Position numbers and translations under genes: made by a program. Source: a virus. Taken from it: DNA of 64,000 nt. The notes below the pieces were generated by a model that was given only the letters and a program-made list of their open reading frames with translations, ran no database searches and was not told the origin of the DNA. This document shows, one piece after another, positions 19,485-28,809 of this stretch; position 1 is the first letter of the stretch, and each line of letters begins with the position of its first letter. Location: IMG/VR virus record IMGVR_UViG_3300043773_002546, positions 1-64,000 of that record, one strand, 5' to 3'.

Positions 19485-19784
19485 TCGCCGCAACCGCAGG
19501 AGAGTATACTAGACGGTGACTCTCTGTGGTTGTTTGCCTTCAAGGAACCGACACATGCCCACCGTGGGACGCTCCGCCAAACTGTACCAAGAAAGGCGCC
19601 AACCTTATCTGCGCGCCACCCTCCGCGGCCCAGGTCCGCATCTAAACATTGAGGACAACGCCGTGCATGAACTGCCACTTGAGCCGCCACTGCCGTCGCC
19701 TCCGCTTGTTCAGCCGCAGGATTGCGCGCCCGCTAACGATTCTGGCCAGACTCAATACTGGCCGCATGGAGACAACACCGCGCC

Positions 19785-19964
19785 GTGAGTAACAATGATT
19801 TCCCTCTTTTCTTCACAATTGCTGTTCCGCTATTAGTTTCCGGCCTGATCGGCATTTTTGCCGGAATTATCCCCTGGCACATCTTTGTAGCGCTGTTGAT
19901 TGCGCTGTACGTAATTCTCTGCGTTGCCAACTCTATGGACGACAGCAAGCGGAGATATAAATGA
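19785..19964 (+). CDS. Small two-transmembrane protein (holin-like, unproven)
   Basis: GTG start, 59 aa, two hydrophobic segments and a basic C-terminus; ATGA overlap with the next gene. Confidence 0.55.
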   Translation: MSNNDFPLFFTIAVPLLVSGLIGIFAGIIPWHIFVALLIALYVILCVANSMDDSKRRYK

Positions 19965-20338
19965 GCCTGTTTGATTTCCTGGCCGTGGTGCTCGCCAGCG
20001 GCGCCGTAATCCAGGTCTGGCATCAAGGTTCAATCTTCGCCAGCTGGCGCGCTTATCTGCAGGCCGTGCAGGACGTTACGGATCCCGACACACTCAAAGG
20101 CAAGCTTTTAGAGTTGGTCATGTGCCCGTTCTGCAAGAGCTACCATGTTCCCCTGTACTTGTTTCTGCTGATCTTGGCAGGCGATTGGATTAGCGCTACC
20201 ATCGGGACTGGCGTGCGTGTAGTGGTCTATTCTCTCGCCGCCACCCGGCTTGGCAACATCATTGACGGCCTGTTGCCGCCAAATTTGCGCTATGACCCAC
20301 CCATCGGAGGACAGCATGACTCAGGACAGCACGAATGA
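19961..20338 (+). CDS. DUF1360-like membrane protein
   Basis: Hydrophobic; LLELVMCPFCKSYHV. Confidence 0.6.
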   Translation: MSLFDFLAVVLASGAVIQVWHQGSIFASWRAYLQAVQDVTDPDTLKGKLLELVMCPFCKSYHVPLYLFLLILAGDWISATIGTGVRVVVYSLAATRLGNIIDGLLPPNLRYDPPIGGQHDSGQHE

Positions 20339-20711
20339 CCAAACCGTCGAAGCCAAACGCCCGCCCTTCGATGTTCAGTTCTTTCAGGCCGCCCACGAAT
20401 TTACGACCGGCGCGTTAGAAAACGTCCCTGAACTGCATGGCGTGGCGATTGTGCCGCTTTGGCAAACCCAACCGGAAAACACGCCTTCCGGGCTGTTGCG
20501 GCTCCGAAATCCGCAGCCGCCGTTTATTGCGAGCTTGCTCATGCTATTGCAGAAGCTGACGGCATTTAGCGTGGAAGCGCACCGCGACATGGTCAAGCAA
20601 TTGCAGATGTTCGACGGGTATGCTTCCGAGTTGGCTTCGCAAATAAAGGCTCGGCGTGACGAACTCGCCGGGCTGCCCAACAACAACACCGACACAACAC
20701 CCGATGCCTGA
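20316..20711 (+). CDS. Hypothetical protein
   Basis: GGAGG SD. Confidence 0.65.
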   Translation: MTQDSTNDQTVEAKRPPFDVQFFQAAHEFTTGALENVPELHGVAIVPLWQTQPENTPSGLLRLRNPQPPFIASLLMLLQKLTAFSVEAHRDMVKQLQMFDGYASELASQIKARRDELAGLPNNNTDTTPDA

Positions 20712-21000
20712 CACAGCCGGACTGACCACAGAGATTTCTATTCCCGCAAATGACGCGGTACTCGCGGATTTGCTGCATGACCGGTATAGCCGGATGGAAC
20801 GCGGAGAAGTCCGCATTGAGCTCGAAGAGCTTTACGGCAAGGTTTGGGACGAAGAAGAGCTGCAGCAGCAGTTTCAGGTCGACCGGCACGAAGCACCCTA
20901 CGCGCATCTCGTCCGCAAAGAAGACGGCAAGCAGTGTACGCTAGCCTACACAGAAACCCCGCGATTCTATTTTTTGCTCCACGAGGAAGCCCATGACTGA
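20704..21000 (+). CDS. Hypothetical protein
   Basis: Overlapping ORF. Confidence 0.6.
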   Translation: MPDTAGLTTEISIPANDAVLADLLHDRYSRMERGEVRIELEELYGKVWDEEELQQQFQVDRHEAPYAHLVRKEDGKQCTLAYTETPRFYFLLHEEAHD

Positions 21001-21418
21001 CCGTCACTACGACACCGGCGCAAGCCGCAACGGCGACTGCGAAGACGTGCGCTACGACTTGATTTCGCCGATTGGGTTAGAGGCGCTGGCCCGTACGTAC
21101 GCCGAAGGCGCTGCTAAGCGTGGGCGCAACAACTGGGAAAACGGCATGCCCGTCAATGACTTGCTCAATCACGCCTTGGCACACATCTACAAGTTTCTTG
21201 GCGGCTGTCGTGCAGAGGATCACCTTGCTCACGCCGCATGGAACGTGCTGGGCGCTATCCATAGCCTCAAGCTTTGGCCAGAGCTCAACGACGGCACGCT
21301 TCGCGGCGCGGATTGCGCCTGCCCAGAAAACGCAAATGTGGTCGCCAAAATGCCCGCCGTCGCCGATGACGTCAAGACGCGATTGGCCGCGTTGACTGGG
21401 ACAAAAGCGGCGTCTTAA
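20993..21418 (+). CDS. dATP/dGTP diphosphohydrolase domain protein (DUF5664-like)
   Basis: RYDLISPIGLEALARTYAEGAAKRGRNNWENG...HLAHAAWN. Confidence 0.8.
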   Translation: MTDRHYDTGASRNGDCEDVRYDLISPIGLEALARTYAEGAAKRGRNNWENGMPVNDLLNHALAHIYKFLGGCRAEDHLAHAAWNVLGAIHSLKLWPELNDGTLRGADCACPENANVVAKMPAVADDVKTRLAALTGTKAAS

Positions 21419-21579
21419 TTCTTTCGCTCGCAATATCGAGCCGCGCCGCTTTGCGCAATTTGCCCAGCAGCGCCGCTGCCTGAACAGCGCCAAAGACTTG
21501 CGGCTGCAACTGGCGGCGGTTGTTGGCTCGTTTTACCGGGCCTAATTTCTCGAGCTTTGCGGTCTTATTTGCCGCGCTC

Positions 21580-21611
21580 TTGATTTCCGTTTTTCACGCG
21601 GTAGTGTGAAA
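21580..21611 (+). promoter_or_regulatory. Possible sigma70-type promoter with an overlapping inverted repeat
   Basis: TTGATT-16 nt-TAGTGT; TTTCAC/GTGAAA arms. Confidence 0.3.
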
Positions 21612-21636
21612 TACACACCCATCAAGAGACCCATCT

Positions 21637-22422
21637 ATGCCACGCGAAAAATCACGCGCTGCAGCTGCCGTGTCCCGCGTCTGGGACGAGGACGACAGAG
21701 ACGCGGCAGACTTTTCTCCAGGGACGACCGACACCAGCACGGAAGCTGCGATTCGCTCAGCCACCGACGACCCTCAGCCAACCGAAGAACTCGGCGAGCT
21801 AATCGACGGCGGCGAGGACGAGATTACCGACGACTTTGAGGAGCGGATCAATCCGGCTCCGGTCGCCGTCGCTGTTGACGGCGTCGATCATCCCCAAGCG
21901 GCGGACCGCCTCGCGGCCGACGCTATGAAGAAAGAAGTTTCTCCCATGCCCAGCAACAAAGACATGACCAAGGCTGATCACGTTCGCGCCGAAATTGAAC
22001 GGCGGCAGAAATCCGGCGAGTCGATGAGGCCCAAAGATATCATTGAGGCGCTGGCCAAGAAGGGCGTGAAAGTCACTCCGCCCCAGGTCTCAGTGCTTGT
22101 GAAAAAGCTTGTCGGCCCGGCGTCAAAGCTTGCCCCCACCGATCAGACCCCGGCCCAGAAAGCCAAAGCGGCGATCAACCGTTTGACCCGTGCGGCTTCA
22201 GCCGTCAAGAAGCCAATCTCGGCAGCTCCGGTTGCTAAGAAACCGGTCACGGCGCCGTCGGCGGCACGGTCGGCGGGCAAGACAAAGGCAGCGCCACAAA
22301 GCAGCGACAGCGAGTACTCAACGCTGTTCGCGGCGGCTAATTTTGTGGGCGCCTGCGGCGATCTTGCCGCGGCCCGCAAAACGCTGGAAGCCTACGAACG
22401 GCTCACCGCCGCCCGCGCGTAA
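21637..22422 (+). CDS. Hypothetical protein with acidic N-terminus and Ala/Lys/Pro-rich, possibly DNA-binding, C-terminus
   Basis: Composition; ORF track. Confidence 0.65.
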   Translation: MPREKSRAAAAVSRVWDEDDRDAADFSPGTTDTSTEAAIRSATDDPQPTEELGELIDGGEDEITDDFEERINPAPVAVAVDGVDHPQAADRLAADAMKKEVSPMPSNKDMTKADHVRAEIERRQKSGESMRPKDIIEALAKKGVKVTPPQVSVLVKKLVGPASKLAPTDQTPAQKAKAAINRLTRAASAVKKPISAAPVAKKPVTAPSAARSAGKTKAAPQSSDSEYSTLFAAANFVGACGDLAAARKTLEAYERLTAARA

Positions 22423-22530
22423 AGAATTAGGGAACCCGGTCGGTCCGGCGGCGTGGGAAACTGCGCCGCCGGACCCGCCATGCTTATCGGGATGTTCGCG
22501 CGGCTATCCCGCCCGCGCGCGGAGAAACTC

Positions 22531-22809
22531 ATGCCCACATTATGTCCGGTCACGGAGGACGCGACGGAAAAACTCGTCATGCCCGCCGGGACGCTTAAAC
22601 GCATACACGTGCACCAGCAAGTCGTTCGCAACAACGTCAAACACAACACCGATATTCCGGCGGTCACCGTGCAGTGGCGCGGCAAAAGCTACAAAGCTCG
22701 CGACGTTCAGATTCGCGGCCCGAGCACCGTCATGCAACGAATGCACGAGCCGCTCTCTTGCGGCGCACGCATCTGGATTGAAACTACACAAGAAGTCGAG
22801 ATCTCATGA
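22531..22809 (+). CDS. Conserved phage hypothetical protein
   Basis: IHVHQQ...PLSCGARIWIET motif recalled from many phages. Confidence 0.65.
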   Translation: MPTLCPVTEDATEKLVMPAGTLKRIHVHQQVVRNNVKHNTDIPAVTVQWRGKSYKARDVQIRGPSTVMQRMHEPLSCGARIWIETTQEVEIS

Positions 22810-23117
22810 GCCGCTACCACGAAGACCAGCGCGACGAAGACAAAAACAAAATTGACGACGCCATCGCGCAGTTTGAGTCGCTTCGCGCCGCCTACAGCGA
22901 CCTCGTCGCAATTCCTGAAATCGTGACGCTCCACGACGTCTGCGGCATAGCCCTTGACACAACCAAAGGGCCGCAACAAGTCGGCGACGTCTGCTCTCGC
23001 GAGGAAATCGTCGCTGTCCTCAAAGCCATTGAAGACAATCCCTGCGGTGATATCGCCCTGATCGCGCAGCTCACATTAAACGACTATCGCCAGACCAAAA
23101 CCACCAACCAGGAGTAA
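22806..23117 (+). CDS. Hypothetical protein
   Basis: ATGA overlap. Confidence 0.65.
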   Translation: MSRYHEDQRDEDKNKIDDAIAQFESLRAAYSDLVAIPEIVTLHDVCGIALDTTKGPQQVGDVCSREEIVAVLKAIEDNPCGDIALIAQLTLNDYRQTKTTNQE

Positions 23118-23120
23118 TCC

Positions 23121-23483
23121 ATGTCACACATCGTGACCGTAAAGACTGAGGTGCGGGACGAAATGGCGGTCCGCGCCGCCTGCCTGCGCCTGCATTGGGA
23201 ACAGCCGACTTTCGGCGACTTCCGCGTGTTCAGCGTCAACAAGACCGGCCTGGGCGTCAAGGCGCCCGGCTGGCAGTTTCCCATCGTCTGCAATCTCTCC
23301 ACCGGCGCGGTGGACTATGACAACTACAACGGCCACTGGGGCGAGCAGAAGCGGCTCGACGAGTTCTTCCAGGCCTACACCGTAGAGCGCGCCAAGCTCG
23401 AAGCCCAGAAGAACGGCTACAGCGTCTTCGAGGAGACGATGTCCGACGGTTCCATCAAGCTCTCTGTCACCGTGGAGGCCTAA
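23121..23483 (+). CDS. DUF1257 (Ycf35-like) protein
   Basis: MSHIVTVKTEVRD...YDNYNGHWG...QAYTVE...GYSVFEETMSDGSIKL. Confidence 0.8.
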   Translation: MSHIVTVKTEVRDEMAVRAACLRLHWEQPTFGDFRVFSVNKTGLGVKAPGWQFPIVCNLSTGAVDYDNYNGHWGEQKRLDEFFQAYTVERAKLEAQKNGYSVFEETMSDGSIKLSVTVEA

Positions 23484-23488
23484 AGCAC

Positions 23489-23680
23489 ATGAGCAAGATC
23501 ATCGAAATCATCGTCAGCCCCAAGGGCGAGAGCAAGATCGAGACCAAGGGCTTCGCCGGTAGCGGCTGTCAGTCCGCCAGCGCCGCCTTCGAGGCCGCGC
23601 TCGGCGCCAAGACCAATGAGCAGCTCACCTCCGAGTATTACGCGGAGACCGAACAGAACCAGAACTACACCCAGAACTAG
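23489..23680 (+). CDS. DUF2997 protein
   Basis: IEIIVSPKGESKIETKGFAGSGCQSASAAFEAALG...TSEYY. Confidence 0.8.
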   Translation: MSKIIEIIVSPKGESKIETKGFAGSGCQSASAAFEAALGAKTNEQLTSEYYAETEQNQNYTQN

Positions 23681-23688
23681 GAGCGAGC

Positions 23689-25179
23689 ATGTCACTGGTT
23701 AACAAGATCAAGGAACTCATCTGCGCGGGTTTTTCGGGCATCTGGGTCGATTCCCAGGAGACCGACGACGCCGTTGCGGCGCTGAAGAAGCTCGCCGAGG
23801 AGCGGGACTGGGGCATGGAGGTCTGGGACATCGATCGCCAGCTCTACCAGCACCCCGGAATCGCTCCGGGCCCGGTCCAGGCGCTGCGCTGGCTCGACAC
23901 GCCCGAGGCGCGAGCCAAGAGCACGCAGCTGCTGGTGCTCAAGAACTTTCACAAGTACCTGCCTAACCCCGAGGTCATGCAGGTCCTGGCCAACCGCGTG
24001 GTCAACGGCAAGGCTATCGGCCAGCACGTGGTCGTAGTCTCGCCGGTCCTGCAGTTGCAGCCGGAGATTGAAAAGCTCTTCACGATCGTGCACCACGAGC
24101 TGCCGGATCGCAGCCAGCTGTCGACGATCGCCAACGAGCTGTTCACCGGTGAGGGCAACGGCTTCGCCAAGCCCGCCGAAGACGTGATCGCCACGGTCGT
24201 CGACGCCGCTAGCGGCATGACCCGCGCCGAGGCCGAGAACGCTTTCGCCCTGTCACTGGTCCGCCACAACACGCTCCTGCCGGACGTGGTGTGGAACCTC
24301 AAAGCCGGTAACCTCGAAAAGGCTGGCACACTGCAGCTCTACCGCGGCGACGCCAGCTTCAACGGCTTGGGCGGCTTGGAGAACCTGAAGTCATTCTGCC
24401 TGCGCGCCATGAAGCGTCAGGGCGAAACTGATCCTGAGAAGCGCCCCCGCGGCGTGCTCCTGCTCTCGCCCCCGGGCTGCGGCAAGTCGCAGTTCGCCAA
24501 GGCGTTGGGCAACGAGGTCGGCCGCCCCACGGTGATTCTCGACATCGGCGCAATGATGGGCAAGTTTGTCGGCGAGTCCGAGGGCAACCTGCGCCGCGCG
24601 CTGGCTACAATCGACGCCATGGCGCCCTGCGTCTTGTTTGTCGACGAGATCGAGAAAGCCTTGGCAGGCACCTCGACCTCTGGCCAGACGGACAGCGGCG
24701 TCACGGCCCGCCTCTTCGGCACGCTCCTGACGTGGCTCAACGACCACAAGAGCGACGTGTTCTTCGTCGGCACCTGCAACGACGCCAGCAAGCTCCCGCC
24801 GGAGTTCACTCGCGCCGAACGCTTTGACGGCGTGTTCTTTGTGGATCTGCCGAACGATGATGCACGGCAGTACATTTGGAACCTCTATCTCGAGAAGTTC
24901 AAGCTTGATAAGAAGCAGGCCCGGCCCGACGACAGCCAGTGGACCGGCGCCGAGATCAAGTCCTGCTGCCGCCTGGCGGCGCTTCTGGACGTGTCGCTCA
25001 CCGAGGCCGCGCAGAACGTCGTCCCAGTCGCGGTCACGAACGCCGAGGCCATCGAAAACCTCCGCCTCTGGGCGGACGGTCGCTGCCTCTCGGCAGATTT
25101 CAAGGGCTTTTTCAAGCGCTCTGTGGCCCAGCAAAAAGGCGGCACGCGGCGAAAGCTGTCCTCGCCGAGCCAGAATTAA
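23689..25179 (+). CDS. AAA+ ATPase (Ycf46-like)
   Basis: PRGVLLLSPPGCGKS, CVLFVDEIEKA, LPPEFTRAERFD. Confidence 0.9.
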   Translation: MSLVNKIKELICAGFSGIWVDSQETDDAVAALKKLAEERDWGMEVWDIDRQLYQHPGIAPGPVQALRWLDTPEARAKSTQLLVLKNFHKYLPNPEVMQVLANRVVNGKAIGQHVVVVSPVLQLQPEIEKLFTIVHHELPDRSQLSTIANELFTGEGNGFAKPAEDVIATVVDAASGMTRAEAENAFALSLVRHNTLLPDVVWNLKAGNLEKAGTLQLYRGDASFNGLGGLENLKSFCLRAMKRQGETDPEKRPRGVLLLSPPGCGKSQFAKALGNEVGRPTVILDIGAMMGKFVGESEGNLRRALATIDAMAPCVLFVDEIEKALAGTSTSGQTDSGVTARLFGTLLTWLNDHKSDVFFVGTCNDASKLPPEFTRAERFDGVFFVDLPNDDARQYIWNLYLEKFKLDKKQARPDDSQWTGAEIKSCCRLAALLDVSLTEAAQNVVPVAVTNAEAIENLRLWADGRCLSADFKGFFKRSVAQQKGGTRRKLSSPSQN

Positions 25180-25181
25180 GT

Positions 25182-25199
25182 CTCATTGATATTAAACCT
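25182..25199. repeat. Dispersed palindrome copy (ctcattgatattaaacct)
   Basis: Starts 3 nt after the AAA gene stop codon. Confidence 0.7.
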
Positions 25200-25240
25200 G
25201 TTACCGGCGCGCCTGCGAAGGCGGCCTGAAGAGAAACCGC

Positions 25241-25735
25241 ATGGGCTACACGACTGATTTCTCCGGCGAGTTCACGCTTGACCGGCCCCTCACGCCCGAG
25301 CACAAGGCGTACCTCACAAAATTTAACGAGACGCGCCGTATGCGGCGCGACCCGCAAATCGCCGCCACGCTCCCCGACCCCGTTCGTGAAGCCGTCGGTT
25401 TGCCGGTCGGGCCCGAAGGCGATTATTTCGTCGGCGGGCCGGGCTTCATGGGCCAGAATGACGACCCCAGCGTGGTCGAGCACAATTCGCCGCCAAACAG
25501 TCAGCCGGGCTTGTGGTGCCAATGGACGCCGAACGAAGAAGGTACGGCGATCGTGTGGGACGAGGGCGAAAAATTCTACGAGTACACCGAATGGCTTTGG
25601 TATTTAATCGAAAATTTTCTGAAGCCCTGGGGCTATGTCCTCAACGGCACCGTGCGCTGGCAAGGCGAAGACAGTAACGACTGCGGCGCAATCAAAGTTA
25701 AAAACAACGACATCTCCACGAGGGCGCGGGCTTGA
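25241..25735 (+). CDS. Conserved phage hypothetical protein
   Basis: MGYTTDFSGEF...QPGLWCQW...GEKFYEYTEWL. Confidence 0.75.
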   Translation: MGYTTDFSGEFTLDRPLTPEHKAYLTKFNETRRMRRDPQIAATLPDPVREAVGLPVGPEGDYFVGGPGFMGQNDDPSVVEHNSPPNSQPGLWCQWTPNEEGTAIVWDEGEKFYEYTEWLWYLIENFLKPWGYVLNGTVRWQGEDSNDCGAIKVKNNDISTRARA

Positions 25736-26676
25736 GCACCGTCACCGAAACGACTAATACCGTTACTCCGATCACAGAAGCCGCTCGCGATATTCGCGAG
25801 AACATGGGTGCCGTCAAAGTTTCTTTCAGCTGGCTGGGAACACAGCGAAGCCTTTCCGATGCCCAGACCCGGCAAGCAGCCAACCAGTTCGACGCCGACG
25901 CCGAGCTTGTTTCGGCCTACAAGAAGCTCATCGATACAAAGCACCCGGCCTTCAAAGCGGTCAACGCTATCAAGAGCCGTGTCGTCAGCTACTGGCGCGG
26001 GCTCACCATGCCCTATCCAACCGACGGTGTTCGCCTCATCAAGCGCGACGACATCGACGGCTTCAACCGGCGCATGGAAGAGTTCCGCGACGAGCTTCGC
26101 GCGGCGGTCGCAAACCTCCAGCTGGAGTACGAAACGCTCAAAGACCGCGCGCGTGAAAACCTGGGCGCACTTTACGATCCGGCTGATTACCCAGCGTCCC
26201 TGGAAAACTCGTTCGCAATCTCTTGGGAGTATCCGCCAGTCGAGCCGCCGCGGTATTTGATGAACTTTAACCCTGAGCTCTACGCGCAAGAGCAGGCCCG
26301 CATCCAGCAGCGGTTCGAGCAGGCTGTGACCATGGCTGAAGACGCTTTTGCTGAGCAGCTTCAGGAACTGGTCAGCCATCTTATCGAGCGCCTGACGGAC
26401 AAGAGCGACGGCACGTCGAAGACCTTTCGCAACACGACCGTGGAAAACTTCCGCGAGTTCTATGAGCAGTTCAAGCGGCTCAACGTCCGCGGCAACACCG
26501 AACTGGACGCCCTGATCAACCGGGCAAACGACCTGGTAGCCGGTGTCGACCCTCAAGACCTCCGCGACAGCGCCGCACGGCGGCAGGAACTGCGCGAGCA
26601 GATGGGCGAGGTCCGCAACACTCTCGACGATCTGCTGGCCAACCAGCCGCGCCGTCGCGTCATGCGGATGGACTAA
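25732..26676 (+). CDS. DUF3150-like helical protein
   Basis: TTG start; resembles a family usually found with the DUF1257/DUF2997/AAA module (recalled). Confidence 0.6.
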   Translation: MSTVTETTNTVTPITEAARDIRENMGAVKVSFSWLGTQRSLSDAQTRQAANQFDADAELVSAYKKLIDTKHPAFKAVNAIKSRVVSYWRGLTMPYPTDGVRLIKRDDIDGFNRRMEEFRDELRAAVANLQLEYETLKDRARENLGALYDPADYPASLENSFAISWEYPPVEPPRYLMNFNPELYAQEQARIQQRFEQAVTMAEDAFAEQLQELVSHLIERLTDKSDGTSKTFRNTTVENFREFYEQFKRLNVRGNTELDALINRANDLVAGVDPQDLRDSAARRQELREQMGEVRNTLDDLLANQPRRRVMRMD

Positions 26677-27701
26677 TGGGCGACGTCAACGACCTTCTGC
26701 CGGATCTGGCGACGCCTGCGAATGCGCGTCGGATTCGCGCGCCCAAACACGACTTCAAAAATGGCGAGGGCCGGGTATTTGCCCACCGGCACAGCAACGG
26801 CAACGGCTGGGTCGCCGACACGGCCCACGTCGCCGAATCAGTCTTGGTGACCAGCAGTGCCGGAGTCTACGGTTATGCCCGTGTGACTGACGGCGTGCAG
26901 CTGACGGCTCGAGCCCGAGTAGGCGATTACGCGCGGGTTATGCACCGCGTCAAGCTTTCCGGTGACGTTCACGTTCGCGGGACGGCTCTTGTGCGCGACG
27001 GAGTCAACTTAACCGGCAACGTGTTTGTCTGCGGGCAGGCAGAACTCTCCGGCGGCACCACGGCCGACGGCAAAGCGCACATCTCTGATTGGGCCTTAGT
27101 TCATAACACCCGGCTCAACGGCCCCAAAGTAGCCTACACGCTGGAAATCCAAGGCAACGCGAAGATCTTCGACAGCACGCTCTATGGTCCGTGTAAGGTC
27201 AGCGACTCGGCGCTGTTGCAGAACTCCACGCTCAATTACGGTCGCTGCACCGGGGCGGGAAAACTCCTCAACTCCACGGCCAACACTAGCATCGACCAAG
27301 AGTTGGTGCCGTGGATTCACGGCTACGGCAGACGGCGGCGGCGGGCAAACAGCGCGCTGGACCTTTCGCGGGCTCCGAGCCTGGAAGGCCGCATGATTGC
27401 CGTCCAAGGCATCTTAATCAACAGTTGCCTTACAATGCGGCCCTGTGCGATCGCAGCCGGTGCGTGCCTGGTGAACTGTAATCTCTCGCTTTACAACCAG
27501 GACCTCGCGCAGCTATTTCCGGAGTTTCCCGACGGTGTGCTCGCGGATTTCAGAACTGCCAACCTCGGCATGCTGATCGCGCGTTACCGCCCTGCAGAAG
27601 TCGCGGCCGCCGCGCCCATTCCGGTCATCGCCGCGGTGGGCGTCGTGCCGAGCTTTGACCAGCCCCGCCAACGGCGCCTGATGCGCATGGAGGACGCATG
27701 A
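26676..27701 (+). CDS. Beta-helix (hexapeptide-like repeat) protein
   Basis: VYGYARV...VGDYARV...SGDVHV periodicity. Confidence 0.6.
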   Translation: MGDVNDLLPDLATPANARRIRAPKHDFKNGEGRVFAHRHSNGNGWVADTAHVAESVLVTSSAGVYGYARVTDGVQLTARARVGDYARVMHRVKLSGDVHVRGTALVRDGVNLTGNVFVCGQAELSGGTTADGKAHISDWALVHNTRLNGPKVAYTLEIQGNAKIFDSTLYGPCKVSDSALLQNSTLNYGRCTGAGKLLNSTANTSIDQELVPWIHGYGRRRRRANSALDLSRAPSLEGRMIAVQGILINSCLTMRPCAIAAGACLVNCNLSLYNQDLAQLFPEFPDGVLADFRTANLGMLIARYRPAEVAAAAPIPVIAAVGVVPSFDQPRQRRLMRMEDA

Positions 27702-27970
27702 ACCTCTACGTGCGACCCAACGGCACACTGCAGGCGATCTACGATGAGGCCGTAGACCTGCAGCAGATCGGCGGCGTAAACATCAAACGCGCTAGTCATG
27801 TCGAGCCCGCAACAGATCGGCCAGGGCAGTGGACTGCGGATCTCCAACCGGTCGGAGGCCCCGTATTGGGGCCCTTCGCCACGCGCCGCGAGGCGCTGGA
27901 CGCCGAGATCGCTTGGCTTGACGCTCAACTTGCGCGCGGGCCAGTCACCATTGTGGAGGCCGCGCCATGA
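27698..27970 (+). CDS. Hypothetical protein
   Basis: RASHVEP...W.ADL.PVGGPVLGPF motif; ATGA overlap. Confidence 0.7.
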   Translation: MNLYVRPNGTLQAIYDEAVDLQQIGGVNIKRASHVEPATDRPGQWTADLQPVGGPVLGPFATRREALDAEIAWLDAQLARGPVTIVEAAP

Positions 27971-28332
27971 GCAGTTGCCTGCACTGGGCGATCGAAGACG
28001 AACAAGGAGACAATCCAACCACGCGCGCCGGTGACTTCGAGTTCCGCGTCTGGTACGAAATTAATCCCGGTTGTTCCGGTGTCATGTACACCAGTAATGG
28101 CGATGGCGACCCAGGTTACCCACCTTCCGTAAATTTAATCAGCGCGGATTGCACGGAAGTTTATTTCGAAGATGAACAGCAGCGCCGCCCGCCCACAGAG
28201 AAAGAAAACGAACTCTTGGGCGAGTGGTGCCTGACGTATCTGGATACTGACGCAAAAGAACACAGCGCGGTTTGCGACCGCGCGTTAGAATACAGCTACA
28301 TCGAACCTGATTATGATGATCGGGAAGACTGA
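27967..28332 (+). CDS. Hypothetical protein
   Basis: ATGA overlap. Confidence 0.6.
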   Translation: MSSCLHWAIEDEQGDNPTTRAGDFEFRVWYEINPGCSGVMYTSNGDGDPGYPPSVNLISADCTEVYFEDEQQRRPPTEKENELLGEWCLTYLDTDAKEHSAVCDRALEYSYIEPDYDDRED

Positions 28333-28408
28333 TGGTAGCTGGCCCGCACGACGGATCGTGCGGGCGCAGTGGATGATTGTTTTGTTTTACTTTTTAAGGA
28401 ATGACTCC

Positions 28409-28726
28409 ATGAAGACTCTTGTTGCCCTTTGTGCGATCCTGGCTGGCGGTGTTGTCCTGGCTGGCGAGCCGGTGAGCGTGCTCAACCACAGCGCGCCCGC
28501 GGCTGCGGCTCCCGTTGCCGCTCCGGCTCCGGCCGTGCAGACGGCCCCGGCGCCGACAACCAGCGGCCCGGCGATTATTGCCCTGCCGCGTCGCGGCGGT
28601 TGCCCGAACGGCCGCTGCCAGCTCTACAGCGTCGAAGAGCAGACCCGCGAAAGCACCCGGAACCGAGTGCTTGGCGGTCAGGTAATCCGCCGCGGCAACC
28701 GCACGGTGGTCCGTCCGGTTCGCTGA
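28409..28726 (+). CDS. Secreted Ala/Pro-rich peptide
   Basis: Signal peptide MKTLVALCAILAGGVVLA; GGCPNGRCQ. Confidence 0.65.
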   Translation: MKTLVALCAILAGGVVLAGEPVSVLNHSAPAAAAPVAAPAPAVQTAPAPTTSGPAIIALPRRGGCPNGRCQLYSVEEQTRESTRNRVLGGQVIRRGNRTVVRPVR

Positions 28727-28755
28727 ACCCGGATTAAAAAACACGTGTCTCTACG

Positions 28756-28794
28756 GAGGGCGCAGGGGCGTAAACCCCTGCGCCCTCTCTTTTT
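28756..28794 (+). terminator. Intrinsic terminator
   Basis: 13-bp stem gagggcgcagggg/cccctgcgccctc, 6-nt loop, then tcttttt. Confidence 0.8.
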
Positions 28795-28809
28795 ACCCCC
28801 AGGAAACTC

